Positions 1 through 9,973 of a DNA stretch of 64,000 nucleotides are shown in pieces (positions within the stretch are counted from its first letter, which is position 1; the number at the start of each line of letters is the position of its first letter). This stretch comes from Fimbriimonadales bacterium (GTDB lineage Bacteria; Armatimonadota; Fimbriimonadia; Fimbriimonadales; ATM1). The DNA is taken from positions 75,381-139,380 of the forward strand of contig JBGTLG010000025.1 of the NCBI GenBank assembly GCA_041744215.1. The letters run 5' to 3'. Made by a program: the position numbers and the translations under genes. The notes beneath the pieces are model-generated. The model saw only the letters and a program-made list of their open reading frames with translations, did no database searches and was not told where the DNA came from.

Positions 1-252
1 AGCAAGATCGCTGCATTTCTCTTTTTGCGTGCGCCCTTTCGAGAGATAAAGAAAAAAACGGATTACGATGAATACGGCGGCGCGCCATTGCTTGGCGTGA
101 ACGGTTTATGCGTTATATGCCATGGCCGCAGCAATGCCAAGGCAATTCGCAATGCGATACTTGTTGTGAAACGAGAGTACCAAGAACGGATTAATGAGCT
201 AATAGAACGACGAGCCGACGCGGCGCATGGAGGCGAAGGCGATGTCGCGTAA
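1..252 (+). CDS. plsX: Phosphate acyltransferase PlsX, C-terminal part (5' end outside window)
   Basis: [30 protein letters not shown] motif; frame open from base 1; directly upstream of fabH. Confidence 0.92.
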   Translation, partial: SKIAAFLFLRAPFREIKKKTDYDEYGGAPLLGVNGLCVICHGRSNAKAIRNAILVVKREYQERINELIERRADAAHGGEGDVA

Positions 253-1228
253 GGCCGTTGTAGAAGGGATTGGGATGGCTGTCGCAGATCGCGTGATGGT
301 CAACAGCGAGTTTGAAAAGTACGTCGACACAACCGACGAGTGGATTCGATCGCGCACTGGGATCGTCGAGCGACGAATATCTCAGCCGGATGAACCGTGC
401 AGCTACTTCGCGACGCGCGCAGCAAAGCAAGCGGTCGAGAACGCAGGCGTTTCTCCAGACGCCATTGACATGATCATCGTAGCAAGCGTGACAGGGGACT
501 ACATATTCCCAGCAACCGCATCGCTGGTGCAAGAAAGCATCGGTGCAACGCGAGCAGGAGCATTCGATGTCGGTGCAGCTTGCGCAGGCTTCATCTATGC
601 AACTCAAGTCGCGGCATCGATGATTGAGAGCGGCGCGATTGACAACGTGCTTGTGGTCGGTGTTGATGTTCTGACGAAATTCATGGACTGGAGCGACAGA
701 TCCACATGCATTCTGTTTGGCGATGGCGGTGGAGCGCTGTTTCTTCGAGCAGAAACAAACTCGGATCGGGGCGTGATCGCTACCGTCATGCGATCTGATG
801 GAGCCGGAGCAAAGCACATAGACATCAAAGTAGGTGGCTCGCATGCACCAGCTTCATCCCCGAAAGCCGCGACAGAGTCGGCGCGTATCTACATGGAGGG
901 TCGAGAAGTGTATCGATTCGCCGTGAAGGCGATGGGGGACAGTTGTTGCTCCGTGCTTGAGAAGGCAGGACTGACAGCTGATGATGTCGACCTTTTTGTC
1001 CCTCATCAAGCAAATCTCCGCATTATCCAAGCGGCGTCTGACAGATTGGGACTTCCTCCGGACAAGGTTTTTGTAAATGTGCAGAAGTATGGAAACATGA
1101 GCGCTGGCAGCATTCCTGTGGCTCTATATGAAGCCCAAGAGTCAGGAAAGCTGAAACGTGGCGACCTCGTATTGACAGTTGGATTCGGCGCAGGATTGGT
1201 CTGGGGAGCGAATCTGATTCGCTGGTAA
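242..1228 (+). CDS. fabH: 3-oxoacyl-ACP synthase III
   Basis: [49 protein letters not shown] at 242 follows GGAGG (227 is an alternative start). Confidence 0.97.
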   Translation: MSRKAVVEGIGMAVADRVMVNSEFEKYVDTTDEWIRSRTGIVERRISQPDEPCSYFATRAAKQAVENAGVSPDAIDMIIVASVTGDYIFPATASLVQESIGATRAGAFDVGAACAGFIYATQVAASMIESGAIDNVLVVGVDVLTKFMDWSDRSTCILFGDGGGALFLRAETNSDRGVIATVMRSDGAGAKHIDIKVGGSHAPASSPKAATESARIYMEGREVYRFAVKAMGDSCCSVLEKAGLTADDVDLFVPHQANLRIIQAASDRLGLPPDKVFVNVQKYGNMSAGSIPVALYEAQESGKLKRGDLVLTVGFGAGLVWGANLIRW

Positions 1229-1232
1229 TTCC

Positions 1233-2285
1233 ATGTACACGCTACAGAGATATCGAAAGGTTGCCTTCGGTATTGCGTGCGGACTCCTCGCAGTTGCAAG
1301 TTTCTACGTCCTATTGCCATTTTGGCAAGCGGTTGCCTGGGGCGCCGCGCTATCGATTATCGCTTATCCGGTCCGGGCGCGACTCGCAAAGCGCATGAGC
1401 GACACATGGGCAGCCGCCGTTACGACGCTGCTAACGCTGCTGTTCATCGTTGGGCCAGTGGTTCTTGTTATGTTTGCGGGGTGGGTTGAGGTCAAGCATG
1501 CTCTCGAACACTTGCGAGACATTAGCGCGCATGGATCGGCACAAGAAGGAGCAGCGCAGACGCTTGATGAAATCAACAGTGCTGTTCAGGTCCCTTTGCA
1601 GCGTTTTGGCATTACTGAATTCAATCTTCGCGAGAGCATTCAAGATATGGTGGATCCAGCCATAAAATCCGCTCCCGCACTTCTCGGGAGAATTGTCAAG
1701 AACGCCCTGATCTTTATCTTCTCCCTTCTGCTATTGTTCTTCATTCTTCGCGATGGACACAAGTTGCAAAAGCCGGCGGCTGACCTGATTCCACTTCCTG
1801 AAGCTCAATCCCAGAAGGTTTTGGATTCGGTTTACGACACGGTTCACGCAACCTTTTATGGCATCGTGCTGATCGCCATACTGAATGGCATATTGATCGG
1901 CTTGCTCTTCTTCCTGCTTGGGCTGCCATCTCCGATACTCTGGGGAATCATTGCCGTCGTAATCTCGATCATGCCCCTTGTCGGCGCGCCCACACTCTAT
2001 GGGCCTTGGGCCATCTATCTTGCGATGCAAGGAGAGTGGGCAAAGGCAGTGGTGCTTACGCTCGTTGGGTTCATTGTCATCACTATAATCATAGATAAAG
2101 TCTATCGATCCCGCTTGATCGGTGGTCGCAGCAATCTGCATGAGGTCGTCGTACTCTTCAGCATGGTCGGAGGGGTGCTCGCACTCGGAGCTGTTGGCAC
2201 ATTTCTGGGACCAGTCATTGTCATCGTCGCGCTCGGGGCCGTCGAGGTCGTGCGCGAAATGGCAGTTGTCGAGGAAACAGCGTAG
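1233..2285 (+). CDS. AI-2E family transporter (paralog 1)
   Basis: 350 aa multi-TM; FF.LRDG, P..G, GG...G..G.FLGP pattern. Confidence 0.88.
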   Translation: MYTLQRYRKVAFGIACGLLAVASFYVLLPFWQAVAWGAALSIIAYPVRARLAKRMSDTWAAAVTTLLTLLFIVGPVVLVMFAGWVEVKHALEHLRDISAHGSAQEGAAQTLDEINSAVQVPLQRFGITEFNLRESIQDMVDPAIKSAPALLGRIVKNALIFIFSLLLLFFILRDGHKLQKPAADLIPLPEAQSQKVLDSVYDTVHATFYGIVLIAILNGILIGLLFFLLGLPSPILWGIIAVVISIMPLVGAPTLYGPWAIYLAMQGEWAKAVVLTLVGFIVITIIIDKVYRSRLIGGRSNLHEVVVLFSMVGGVLALGAVGTFLGPVIVIVALGAVEVVREMAVVEETA

Positions 2286-3347
2286 TTGTACACGCTCGAT
2301 CGATACCGTAAAATCGTTTTTGGCGTTCTGTGCGCAATCGTAGGTATTGCGTGCTTCTATTTGGCGCTGCCGTTGTGGTCTGCTTTCGCCTGGGGGACTG
2401 TGCTCGCGATTCTTGTGTTTCCGATTCACCTTCGATTTCGCGACCGATTTGGTCACACGATCGGAGCGGCGCTGACAACGCTCACCACCCTTCTCTTCAT
2501 CCTGGTACCTATCGGTCTGGTCGCGATCGCGCTCATTGCCCAGACACGAGATGTCGCGGCACAGCTGCAGAACTCGACTACTGATGATCGCCCGCTAACA
2601 ATCCAGAGTTTGGTCACAGACGCTGAGGCATTGCTGGAGCCAGCGCTTGCACGCCTTGGTGTCGGCGACTTCGACCTCCATTCGCTGTTGGAAGAAGCTC
2701 TTGACTCGTTCTCCAAGGGTGTCCCAGCCGCGCTCAAAGCTGGAATTGTTGGCCTGCTTAACTTTATCTTCTCCCTCCTGCTTCTGTTCTTTTTGCTGCG
2801 GGATGGGCATAAGTTGAAAGAACCGGTGATTGAATTGATGCCGGTCACAGATGAGAAGGCGCGCTCCATTCTTAAGGTGGTTTATGACACCGTGCATGCA
2901 ACGTTTTTCAGCACAGTTGTCGTTGCTCTGATTCAGGGAACGCTGTTGGGCATTGCATTCTGGGTGCTGGGGTTGCCAGCGCCTTTGCTTTGGGGAGTCG
3001 CTGGGGCGATCTTGTCGATGATTCCCTTCATGGGGACGCCGATATTGTGGGTTCCGGCTTGCATCCTTCTTGCCTCCAGAGGGCAGTGGATCGAGGCGAT
3101 TGGGCTTATGCTGTTCGGCGCGTTCGTGATCGGTTTGGTCGATAACGTGCTGAAGCCGGTCATCATCGGCGCGCGGGTTAAGCTTCATACAATCGCTGTT
3201 TTCTTCGCGATCGTCGGCGGCATCGTCACGCTCGGGCCTGTTGGCGTGTTAGTTGGACCCGTATTGCTGAGCGTCGCCTTAGGCGTGATTGAGATTCTGC
3301 GCGAGATGGCGGTTCAAGATCAGCCGGACGCTGCGCCTCCCGCCTAA
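2286..3347 (+). CDS. AI-2E family transporter (paralog 2, TTG start)
   Basis: FFLLRDG, IPFMGTPILWVP, VDNVLKP, GG...GPVGVLVGP; N-terminus matches paralog 1. Confidence 0.92.
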   Translation: MYTLDRYRKIVFGVLCAIVGIACFYLALPLWSAFAWGTVLAILVFPIHLRFRDRFGHTIGAALTTLTTLLFILVPIGLVAIALIAQTRDVAAQLQNSTTDDRPLTIQSLVTDAEALLEPALARLGVGDFDLHSLLEEALDSFSKGVPAALKAGIVGLLNFIFSLLLLFFLLRDGHKLKEPVIELMPVTDEKARSILKVVYDTVHATFFSTVVVALIQGTLLGIAFWVLGLPAPLLWGVAGAILSMIPFMGTPILWVPACILLASRGQWIEAIGLMLFGAFVIGLVDNVLKPVIIGARVKLHTIAVFFAIVGGIVTLGPVGVLVGPVLLSVALGVIEILREMAVQDQPDAAPPA

Positions 3348-4990
3348 ACTTCGATGACCGAAGCGATTACCAGCGGGCGTTTATTCATGGACTTCTTGAT
3401 GAACTTCCGAGCAACGTCGCTGATCTCATGATGGAGCGCAGAGGTATCGCGCAGTTCCGCATGGGTAAGTTTATCAAGCATCGTAGCAACGACATCTCGA
3501 AGCGAATCAAACTCGCCGTTGGGTGAGACCATGCCGCGTGCGATAACATCCGGCTTCCCGACGATCTTTCCAGCATCAGGGTCAACAGCTACATGGACGA
3601 ACAGCACACCGTCGCTCGCAAGGTTTCCGCGGTCTCTTAACGTTTCGTCTGTGACCCCTGCATATCCGCTTGTATCGACGAGGACACGGCCGCAAGTCAC
3701 GTTTTCCGCAAAGAACGCTCCGTCCTTTTCGATGACGAGCCGGTTGCCGTTCTCCATCACAACGATGTTCTCTTCCGAGTAGCCCATCTCTTCTGCGAGC
3801 TTCACATAGTGATACTGATGCCTGGGTTCACCGTGGACTGGCGCAATGTACTGAGGACGAGTGAGGTTGATCATCATCTTCAGCTCTTCGCGGTTTCCGT
3901 GACCGCTAACGTGAACGCCTTCCTCCGGACCGTAAACGACGACAGCACCCTGCCTGAAAAGCCGATTGACCGTTTGCCAAATCGCCGCTTCATTGCCGGG
4001 AATCGGCTTGGCTGCGTAGATGACTGTGTCGCCTGGTACGATCTGCAAGCGCGAATACTCTTCTCGAGCCATTCGGCTCAGAGCAGCAAGCGGTTCGCCT
4101 TGTGTTCCCGTCGTCAGAATCACCAATTCTTCGGGAGCGTAATCCGAAATCTCTTCGAGGCGAACCATCACGTCTTTGGGGAGCTTGAGCTTGTCGACGT
4201 TTTGCGCGATCTTGACGTTGCTTTCCATGCTGCGCCCAGCAAGGGCGACTTTGCGGCCGAACTCTTGCGCAACCTCAAATGCTTGACGCACGCGATGCAG
4301 ATTGCTCGAAAACATCGTCATCAGCACGCGACCGGGCGCGTTTCCGATGACGCGGCGAAATCCTTCGTAGACGCTTTTTTCGCTCGGGCACCAGCCCTCG
4401 CTCTCGACGTTCGTACAATCGCTGAGCAACATGAGGACGCCCTGATCGCCGAGTTCGCCGAACCGGGAGAGTTGCGTCAGTTGGCCGTCGATGGGAGTGA
4501 AGTCAAATTTGAAGTCGCCCGTGAAGAGGACCACACCCATATCGGTGTGGAGAGCGATCGAGCAGGCATCGGGGATGCTGTGAGTTACGTGGATCGGCTC
4601 CACTTTGAATTCTGCTACATCGAACACATCGCCTGGCCGCATCACTCTCAACTCGTATTCGTGAGGGAGCAACTTTTCGGTTAGCTTGCGCTTCGCCATC
4701 GCGATGGTGAGCTCCGTCCCGAATACAGGTGCGCTGATTTCTGGCAAGACGTAGGACAGCGCGCCTACGTGGTCTTCATGACCGTGTGTGAGGACGATGC
4801 CTCGTACTTTGTCGCGGTTCTGCTTTAGAAACTCGAAGTCGGGGATGACGACGTCGACTCCATGCATCTCCTCAGACGGAAAACTAAGCCCGGCGTCGAC
4901 AACGAGAATGCCTTCACCGATTCGCACGGCGGTCATGTTCTTCCCTATCTCCCCGCAACCGCCGAGCGGGATAATTTCGATTCGACTCAC
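3344..4990 (-). CDS. rnj: Ribonuclease J
   Basis: PLGGCGEIGKNM, THGHEDHVG, HSIPD, GDFKFD, TGTQGEP, HVSGH, PVHGE. Confidence 0.97.
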   Translation of the reverse strand: MSRIEIIPLGGCGEIGKNMTAVRIGEGILVVDAGLSFPSEEMHGVDVVIPDFEFLKQNRDKVRGIVLTHGHEDHVGALSYVLPEISAPVFGTELTIAMAKRKLTEKLLPHEYELRVMRPGDVFDVAEFKVEPIHVTHSIPDACSIALHTDMGVVLFTGDFKFDFTPIDGQLTQLSRFGELGDQGVLMLLSDCTNVESEGWCPSEKSVYEGFRRVIGNAPGRVLMTMFSSNLHRVRQAFEVAQEFGRKVALAGRSMESNVKIAQNVDKLKLPKDVMVRLEEISDYAPEELVILTTGTQGEPLAALSRMAREEYSRLQIVPGDTVIYAAKPIPGNEAAIWQTVNRLFRQGAVVVYGPEEGVHVSGHGNREELKMMINLTRPQYIAPVHGEPRHQYHYVKLAEEMGYSEENIVVMENGNRLVIEKDGAFFAENVTCGRVLVDTSGYAGVTDETLRDRGNLASDGVLFVHVAVDPDAGKIVGKPDVIARGMVSPNGEFDSLRDVVATMLDKLTHAELRDTSALHHEISDVARKFIKKSMNKRPLVIASVIEV

Positions 4991-5363
4991 GGCCTCATTC
5001 TACTATGGGGAGCCTTGCCTTCGCTTACTGGCTATCGCTGAGGACTTGGAAGACCAGTCAGAATAACGATTCCATGGTTGACGGGTAGGTGGGGAGGTTG
5101 TCGAAGGCTCACGAAACTCATCGAACTCATCGCCTTGTTTAATTGTTAACGCGGGGCTTCTAAGTTCAAGACTGCTTCTGCGGCTGCCTTTCGGCACAAG
5201 GCAGGCAAGAGTTGATTGGTGCAGCTACACCAGCTATTAAGTCTTTTCGAGAGCGAAAGTCAACCGCCGGACTTGGTTTGTGTCTCACCGTCATCGACCG
5301 CTTTCGAGGAATTCTCAAGTCGAACTCGGCGCGAACCAGGTTGGCGGAGGCTGTATGTCGTGA

Positions 5364-7673
5364 TCACTTGATCTCGGCAGGCGGAGCAGTTTCGGGTTCA
5401 GATTTGCGATGAGACCTTCGCGTATCAGCAACTTCGACATTCTGTATCGCCATCTCCAATTGCGCGAGCATCCAGGAGATCGTCGATTCGGCACCGAGGT
5501 TTCGATTTGCACCAATCGGGGTGAGTCCATCTCTGCACCCACCGCTTGCGGCCTCAACAAGTGGGGTTCCCAGGACATTTCGGCCAAGGAACCATTCGTA
5601 GGCTGCCTGCATCCTCTCGGTCCACTTCGTATCATCGCTGATTGCGTACGCTTTCGCAGCCGCGGAAACCAGTGCGACAGCATCGACGGGCTGCTGGTCA
5701 AAAATCGCTCGGCTTTCTCCATGCGACCACCAACCGTCGCTTCCGATAAGCGACACACACTTCTGTTTCGAGTCCCAACATGCTGAAAAGAGCCACGCAA
5801 GCGAAGCCAGCCCGATCTTTCGAAAACTGCCCGTTTCGTCGTACGGCGCCATCGCGAGAAGCGCTTCGGGCTTTCGCGCATTGTCGTACGCGAGGATCGT
5901 TTCGAACCACCGCCAATCTTCTACCGCCACTTTTGAATAGAGCGCTGCGATCCGAGACGCAAGCAACAGGCCGAGTTTTCGAACATGCGCGTCTCCAGGG
6001 TACTTATCAAGATAGGCAGCGCATCCGAGAGCACCGAACGCCCACGATCGCGGACTCTTTGCCCGTCGCAACCAAGGGGCAACTTCTCCAAACAGTTCAA
6101 ACGCGCAGCGCATCATGTCTTCGTCAGGCGCTTGGGCAACTGCCACACCCAACGCCCAGACTGCGCGGCCGTGCGAATCGTCCGCGCCGGCTTTCTCCAG
6201 CCAGCGACGCTCGAACGACATAAAGTTACGCATGCGACTGCTGCTCGGACTCTTGGCGTGCAAAATGAACTCGAGTGACTTTCGCGCAATGCGATTCGCT
6301 TCTGGCAGGCCAGATAGCTTGAATTCGTAGCACGCAGCAATCAGCGCGCGCGCATTGTCGTCAGTGCAATAGCCGTGGTTTCTATCGGCAACAGAATGGC
6401 GCGCATGCTGCAACACGCCGACGTCGTCGGTGATGGCGCTGAGGTGCGCCCACTCCCTGGAACTGACGCTCACCGTCGGCCGATCTGATGCAGGAAACGC
6501 CAAACGCTGTCCGCACAAAATGTCCGATGCGGCGGAACGCGTGGCCTTCCCAACGTTTTCCCAAGTGAAAGAGCGCCCATACTTGTATGCGGCCTTGCGA
6601 ATCTTGACCGTCATCGCGCCGTCGGAAAGCGCGGCGCGCATGTTCTCAGCCAACGTGTCGGGATCATTGAACGGCGTCAGGATGCCGCGACCCGACGAGA
6701 GCAGTTCCTTAGCGGCGACGTATGGTGTCGCGATCACCGCTTTCCCTGCGCCCGTCGCGAACGCGAGCGGGCCCGAACTCACCTGCGCAGGATCGGGATA
6801 GGGAGAAATGTAGATGTCGGCCGCTTGCAGATACTCGGCAAGCTCGGTGTCTGAAACGTATTTGTTTACAAAGCGAACGTTTTTCGTAAGTCCAAGTGTC
6901 TCGGTTTGTGCGATCAAGCGTTCCCGATACGCTTCCCCTTCATGACGCAGCAGACCGGGGTGCGTCGCGCCAACGATCAGATACATCACGTCTGGAAAAT
7001 CATCCACGATTTTTGCGAGCGCGTTAAGCGCCATCTCGATGCCTTTGCCTGGACCCAAGTGACCAAACGTAAGCATCACTTTCTGACCTGTCAGATCAAT
7101 GGTCTCTTTATAAAACTCCGGATCAGAAAACGGAAGGTCGGGCGCGCCGTGCGGAATGTGCACGATCTTGCGCTTCGAAACACCATAAACCTCTTCGAGT
7201 GTTGGGATCGCTGACTTTGAAAGCACGATCATCTCGGACGCCAATTCACCCAGCGCTGCCAGCGTGTCGCGCTGTCCGGGCGTTGGTTCGGGAAGAACTG
7301 TGTGCAGCGTTGCGACGAGCGGCTTCTCAAGTTTGCGAACGAAGTCTAAGATCCACTCGCCATCTGGCCCGCCGAAGATTCCATATTCGTGCTGCAGAAC
7401 GACAACGTCGATTGGTGCGCGGTTCAAATAGTCTGCGGCAACAGCGTAATCCGCTTGCACATCCGCGCGAATCTCAAACCCAACTTCGTCAGGATAACTG
7501 TAGGCTGTGTCCGCGTCGGTCATCGCAACGACAAGCGGCAACTTTTCCTCGTATACGCCTGCCTTAGCGTACGCCGCGCCAACAAGCTGCGCAAACGTGG
7601 CGAGGCCGCACTTGCGAGGGACATACGTGCTAACGATCGCGAGCCGAGGCTCGTTGCGTAAAGATTTTCTCAA
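5364..7673 (-). CDS. GT4 glycosyltransferase fused to a C-terminal helical glycosidase-like domain
   Basis: STYVPRKCGLATF, QHEYGIFGG, IPHG, KGIE; C-terminal GYCTDDNARAL, DSHGRA, FDQQP, DGL...N.N.GAES. Confidence 0.88.
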   Translation of the reverse strand: MRKSLRNEPRLAIVSTYVPRKCGLATFAQLVGAAYAKAGVYEEKLPLVVAMTDADTAYSYPDEVGFEIRADVQADYAVAADYLNRAPIDVVVLQHEYGIFGGPDGEWILDFVRKLEKPLVATLHTVLPEPTPGQRDTLAALGELASEMIVLSKSAIPTLEEVYGVSKRKIVHIPHGAPDLPFSDPEFYKETIDLTGQKVMLTFGHLGPGKGIEMALNALAKIVDDFPDVMYLIVGATHPGLLRHEGEAYRERLIAQTETLGLTKNVRFVNKYVSDTELAEYLQAADIYISPYPDPAQVSSGPLAFATGAGKAVIATPYVAAKELLSSGRGILTPFNDPDTLAENMRAALSDGAMTVKIRKAAYKYGRSFTWENVGKATRSAASDILCGQRLAFPASDRPTVSVSSREWAHLSAITDDVGVLQHARHSVADRNHGYCTDDNARALIAACYEFKLSGLPEANRIARKSLEFILHAKSPSSSRMRNFMSFERRWLEKAGADDSHGRAVWALGVAVAQAPDEDMMRCAFELFGEVAPWLRRAKSPRSWAFGALGCAAYLDKYPGDAHVRKLGLLLASRIAALYSKVAVEDWRWFETILAYDNARKPEALLAMAPYDETGSFRKIGLASLAWLFSACWDSKQKCVSLIGSDGWWSHGESRAIFDQQPVDAVALVSAAAKAYAISDDTKWTERMQAAYEWFLGRNVLGTPLVEAASGGCRDGLTPIGANRNLGAESTISWMLAQLEMAIQNVEVADTRRSHRKSEPETAPPAEIK

Positions 7674-7742
7674 GGCGCTCCACTCCTTCTTGCGGACTCA
7701 AAAATAAGGCGGCGACCGTTTACATTACGCCAGCGGCCCCGA

Positions 7743-8696
7743 TTACGCTGCATGATCGCGCAGCCAACTCAGCAACTCGCGCAAACTCGCCGTCGCGATG
7801 CCGACGCTCGTATCCGCGCACCCGTAATACACGCGCAACTCGTCGCCGTCGTCGCCGACAGTCCATCCGCAGGGAAACACGACATATCCGACGTCGCCAT
7901 CCTGCTCGTAGGGCATCTCCGGGGCAAAAACCCACTCCGTGCAGCGGCGGATCAGCTTGCTCGGGTCTTCGAGATCGAAGAGCGCCAGGCCCTGTCGATA
8001 GATACACCCGGCGGGCGTCAGCCGCACCCCGTGATACATCATCAGCCACCCCTCGGCCGTCTCCAGGGGCGGCGGCGAGAGCCCGATCTTGTTCGCGTCC
8101 CACCACGCCCCATGCCGTGCGGCGAGGATCTCGCGGTGGACGCCCCAATGGATCAAGTCGGGCGACTGGCTCAGCCAGATGTCCGCCGAACGCGCGAACG
8201 CAGACACCGGGCGGTGCAGCAGCAGCCAATGCCCGCCGAACTTGCGCGGAAACAGCGCCGCGTCCTTGTCTTCGGGCGGGATCACGCTGCCGACCTTGTC
8301 GAACGACCGGAAATCCTCGGTCATCGCCATCTTCACGTGCGGGCCGCCCTCGAAATAGCCCGTATACGTGATGCAGTACTTGCCGAGTTCGGGGACATAA
8401 ACGACCCGCGCGTCCTCGATCCCCCACTTTTCGTCGGAATCGGGGCTCTCGTCGGGGGCGAGCGTCGGGGTCGGGTCGATCTCCCAGCCGGTGAAGCCGT
8501 CCTTGCTGCGCGCGGCGGTGAGGTGCGAGATGCCTCGCCGGTCCTCGACGCGCACGAGGAGGAGGGTCGAGCCGTCCTGGAGGCGCGTCGCGCCGCAGTT
8601 GAAAACGGTGTTGCACGCGTAGGGCCAGATGGTGGCGTCGAGGATCGGGTTCGATGGGTGGCGATGGAAAAGGTTGGTGACGTGGCCGTTCTTCAT
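7743..8696 (-). CDS. GH130 / DUF377 glycosidase or glycoside phosphorylase
   Basis: NPIL, VFNCGA, GIEDARV, EDKDAALFP, HRP, YHGV, VVFPCG, YYGCADT; start set at ATG 8696. Confidence 0.92.
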   Translation of the reverse strand: MKNGHVTNLFHRHPSNPILDATIWPYACNTVFNCGATRLQDGSTLLLVRVEDRRGISHLTAARSKDGFTGWEIDPTPTLAPDESPDSDEKWGIEDARVVYVPELGKYCITYTGYFEGGPHVKMAMTEDFRSFDKVGSVIPPEDKDAALFPRKFGGHWLLLHRPVSAFARSADIWLSQSPDLIHWGVHREILAARHGAWWDANKIGLSPPPLETAEGWLMMYHGVRLTPAGCIYRQGLALFDLEDPSKLIRRCTEWVFAPEMPYEQDGDVGYVVFPCGWTVGDDGDELRVYYGCADTSVGIATASLRELLSWLRDHAA

Positions 8697-8817
8697 AGTG
8701 AGATTCCCCGCTTCTGACGGGCAGGGGACGCTAAGTGATTCTCGGCGGATGGGCGGGATGCGTGAGGTTGCTTTTTGGGGGTCTAAATCCTCCATAGCGA
8801 GCGGGGCGGGACAAAGC

Positions 8818-8852
8818 TCACATCCCGTGGAGTGGATGTGGCATCGGCGAAA
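8818..8852. repeat. 35-bp palindromic direct repeat, copy 1
   Basis: tcacatcccgtggagtggatgtggcatcggcgaaa; 32/35 identical to 9471-9505; internal stem cacatcc/ggatgtg. Confidence 0.9.
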
Positions 8853-8873
8853 GGCGGGGTATCTTTTTCGAAG

Positions 8874-9467
8874 ATGATCCCCGTCACTCTGCTCCTCTTG
8901 ACGCAAGGAACTGCTCCACAACTCGATGCCGCTGCCAGTTACGCAGATTACCTCGCTCAGTTTGAAACTTCTGAGGCCATTGTCGGCGCTTTCCAGCACA
9001 GTGGGGGCCCGAGATCTCAGCCTGATGTGTCTGTCTTTCGGGTGAAGAAAGGCGGAATGTATTCGATGCTGATGAGCGACGCAGAAGAGTACTTCGACGG
9101 AAACTCGCTGTACCGGTACTTTCCTGCACAAAACCGATACAAGGTAGGTGTAGGCAGTCATTCCAACTTCGCGGCTTTGTTTGGACGCAGATTTGTGCCT
9201 GATTCCACGATGGTCATCACAGTGCGCTCCGTGGAAGATGGCGAATGGAGCGGAACTCCAGCTCGCATCTTCCTTTTGCGTTTTGACTCTCACGCTAATG
9301 AAATTGAATTGTTCGTGCGAAAAAGCGACCTGAGGCCGATCGGCTTACGATATCGCGGCGCTCAAGCGCAATACATGACCCTTGTTGTGCAGCTTCGGAC
9401 GGATTTGAGTTTGCCGGATTCAGTTTTTCAATGGACTGCTCCGAAGAACGTCAAGCGAGTTGATTGA
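8874..9467 (+). CDS. Exported protein, LolA/LppX-like
   Basis: Signal-like MIPVTLLLL; YFDGNSLYRYFPAQNRY and LPDSVFQWTAPKNVK resemble LolA-like proteins. Confidence 0.65.
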   Translation: MIPVTLLLLTQGTAPQLDAAASYADYLAQFETSEAIVGAFQHSGGPRSQPDVSVFRVKKGGMYSMLMSDAEEYFDGNSLYRYFPAQNRYKVGVGSHSNFAALFGRRFVPDSTMVITVRSVEDGEWSGTPARIFLLRFDSHANEIELFVRKSDLRPIGLRYRGAQAQYMTLVVQLRTDLSLPDSVFQWTAPKNVKRVD

Positions 9468-9470
9468 AGG

Positions 9471-9505
9471 TCATATCCCGTGGAAGGGATGTGGCATCGG
9501 CGAAA
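9471..9505. repeat. 35-bp palindromic direct repeat, copy 2
   Basis: tcatatcccgtggaagggatgtggcatcggcgaaa; starts 3 nt after the stop of the LolA-like gene. Confidence 0.9.
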
Positions 9506-9556
9506 TGCGCGAGCGGAGGCGCAAACAGCCGCGCCGCTCCCGCTGCGCCGTTTTTT

Positions 9557-9708
9557 GCCGGCGACGGATGAAGAATTGCCGCCCGGAATGGGGCGTCGCC
9601 TGCACAAAGTGAGTTTGCGCCGGCAACGGCTGAGATATTGCCGCACGGAATGGGGCGCCGCCAGCACAAAATGATTTTGCGCCGGCAGTTTTTCATTTTT
9701 GCCGCCCT
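9557..9708. repeat. 62-bp tandem repeat (2 full copies plus a degenerate partial)
   Basis: gccggc at 9557, 9619 and 9681; copies 1 and 2 match at 52/62 positions (core attgccgcNcggaatggggcgNcgccNgcacaaa). Confidence 0.9.
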
Positions 9709-9806
9709 GCGAGGCCGAATTTGAACTTGGGGAGGGTTTTTTGGGCGTGGAGGCGAACTTTTTGGGCGGGGATGCCCTCGTCAGGCGGACCTACATAAGA
9801 CAAGTG

Positions 9807-9846
9807 ACCCCGGCGGCCTTACGGCTTGCCGGGGTTTTGCTTTTTT
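9807..9846 (+). terminator. Intrinsic terminator-like hairpin (unit 1)
   Basis: accccggcggcc-ttac-ggcttgccggggt followed by tttgctttttt. Confidence 0.7.
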
Positions 9847-9928
9847 CAGGGGCTTGATTCGGGGAGGAATCTTTTTGGGCGGGGGCGAAACAAAGGAATT
9901 GATCGGGTGTCTCGTTAGCTCATTCTCC

Positions 9929-9973
9929 AAGCGCCCCGGCGGCAACGACTGCCCGCCGGGGCGCTTGCTTTTT
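9929..9973 (+). terminator. Intrinsic terminator-like hairpin (unit 2)
   Basis: aagcgccccggcggca-acgac-tgcccgccggggcgctt followed by gcttttt. Confidence 0.7.

Noticed and set aside
4991-5363. Small ORFs or an ncRNA between GT4 and rnj
   Set aside because: No recognisable motif, terminator or convincing structure
7720-8717. Long alternative-frame ORFs over GH130
   Set aside because: High-GC shadow frames
8697-9293. 199-aa N-terminal extension of the GH130 ORF
   Set aside because: Antisense to the LolA-like gene; family similarity starts at MKNGHV (8696)
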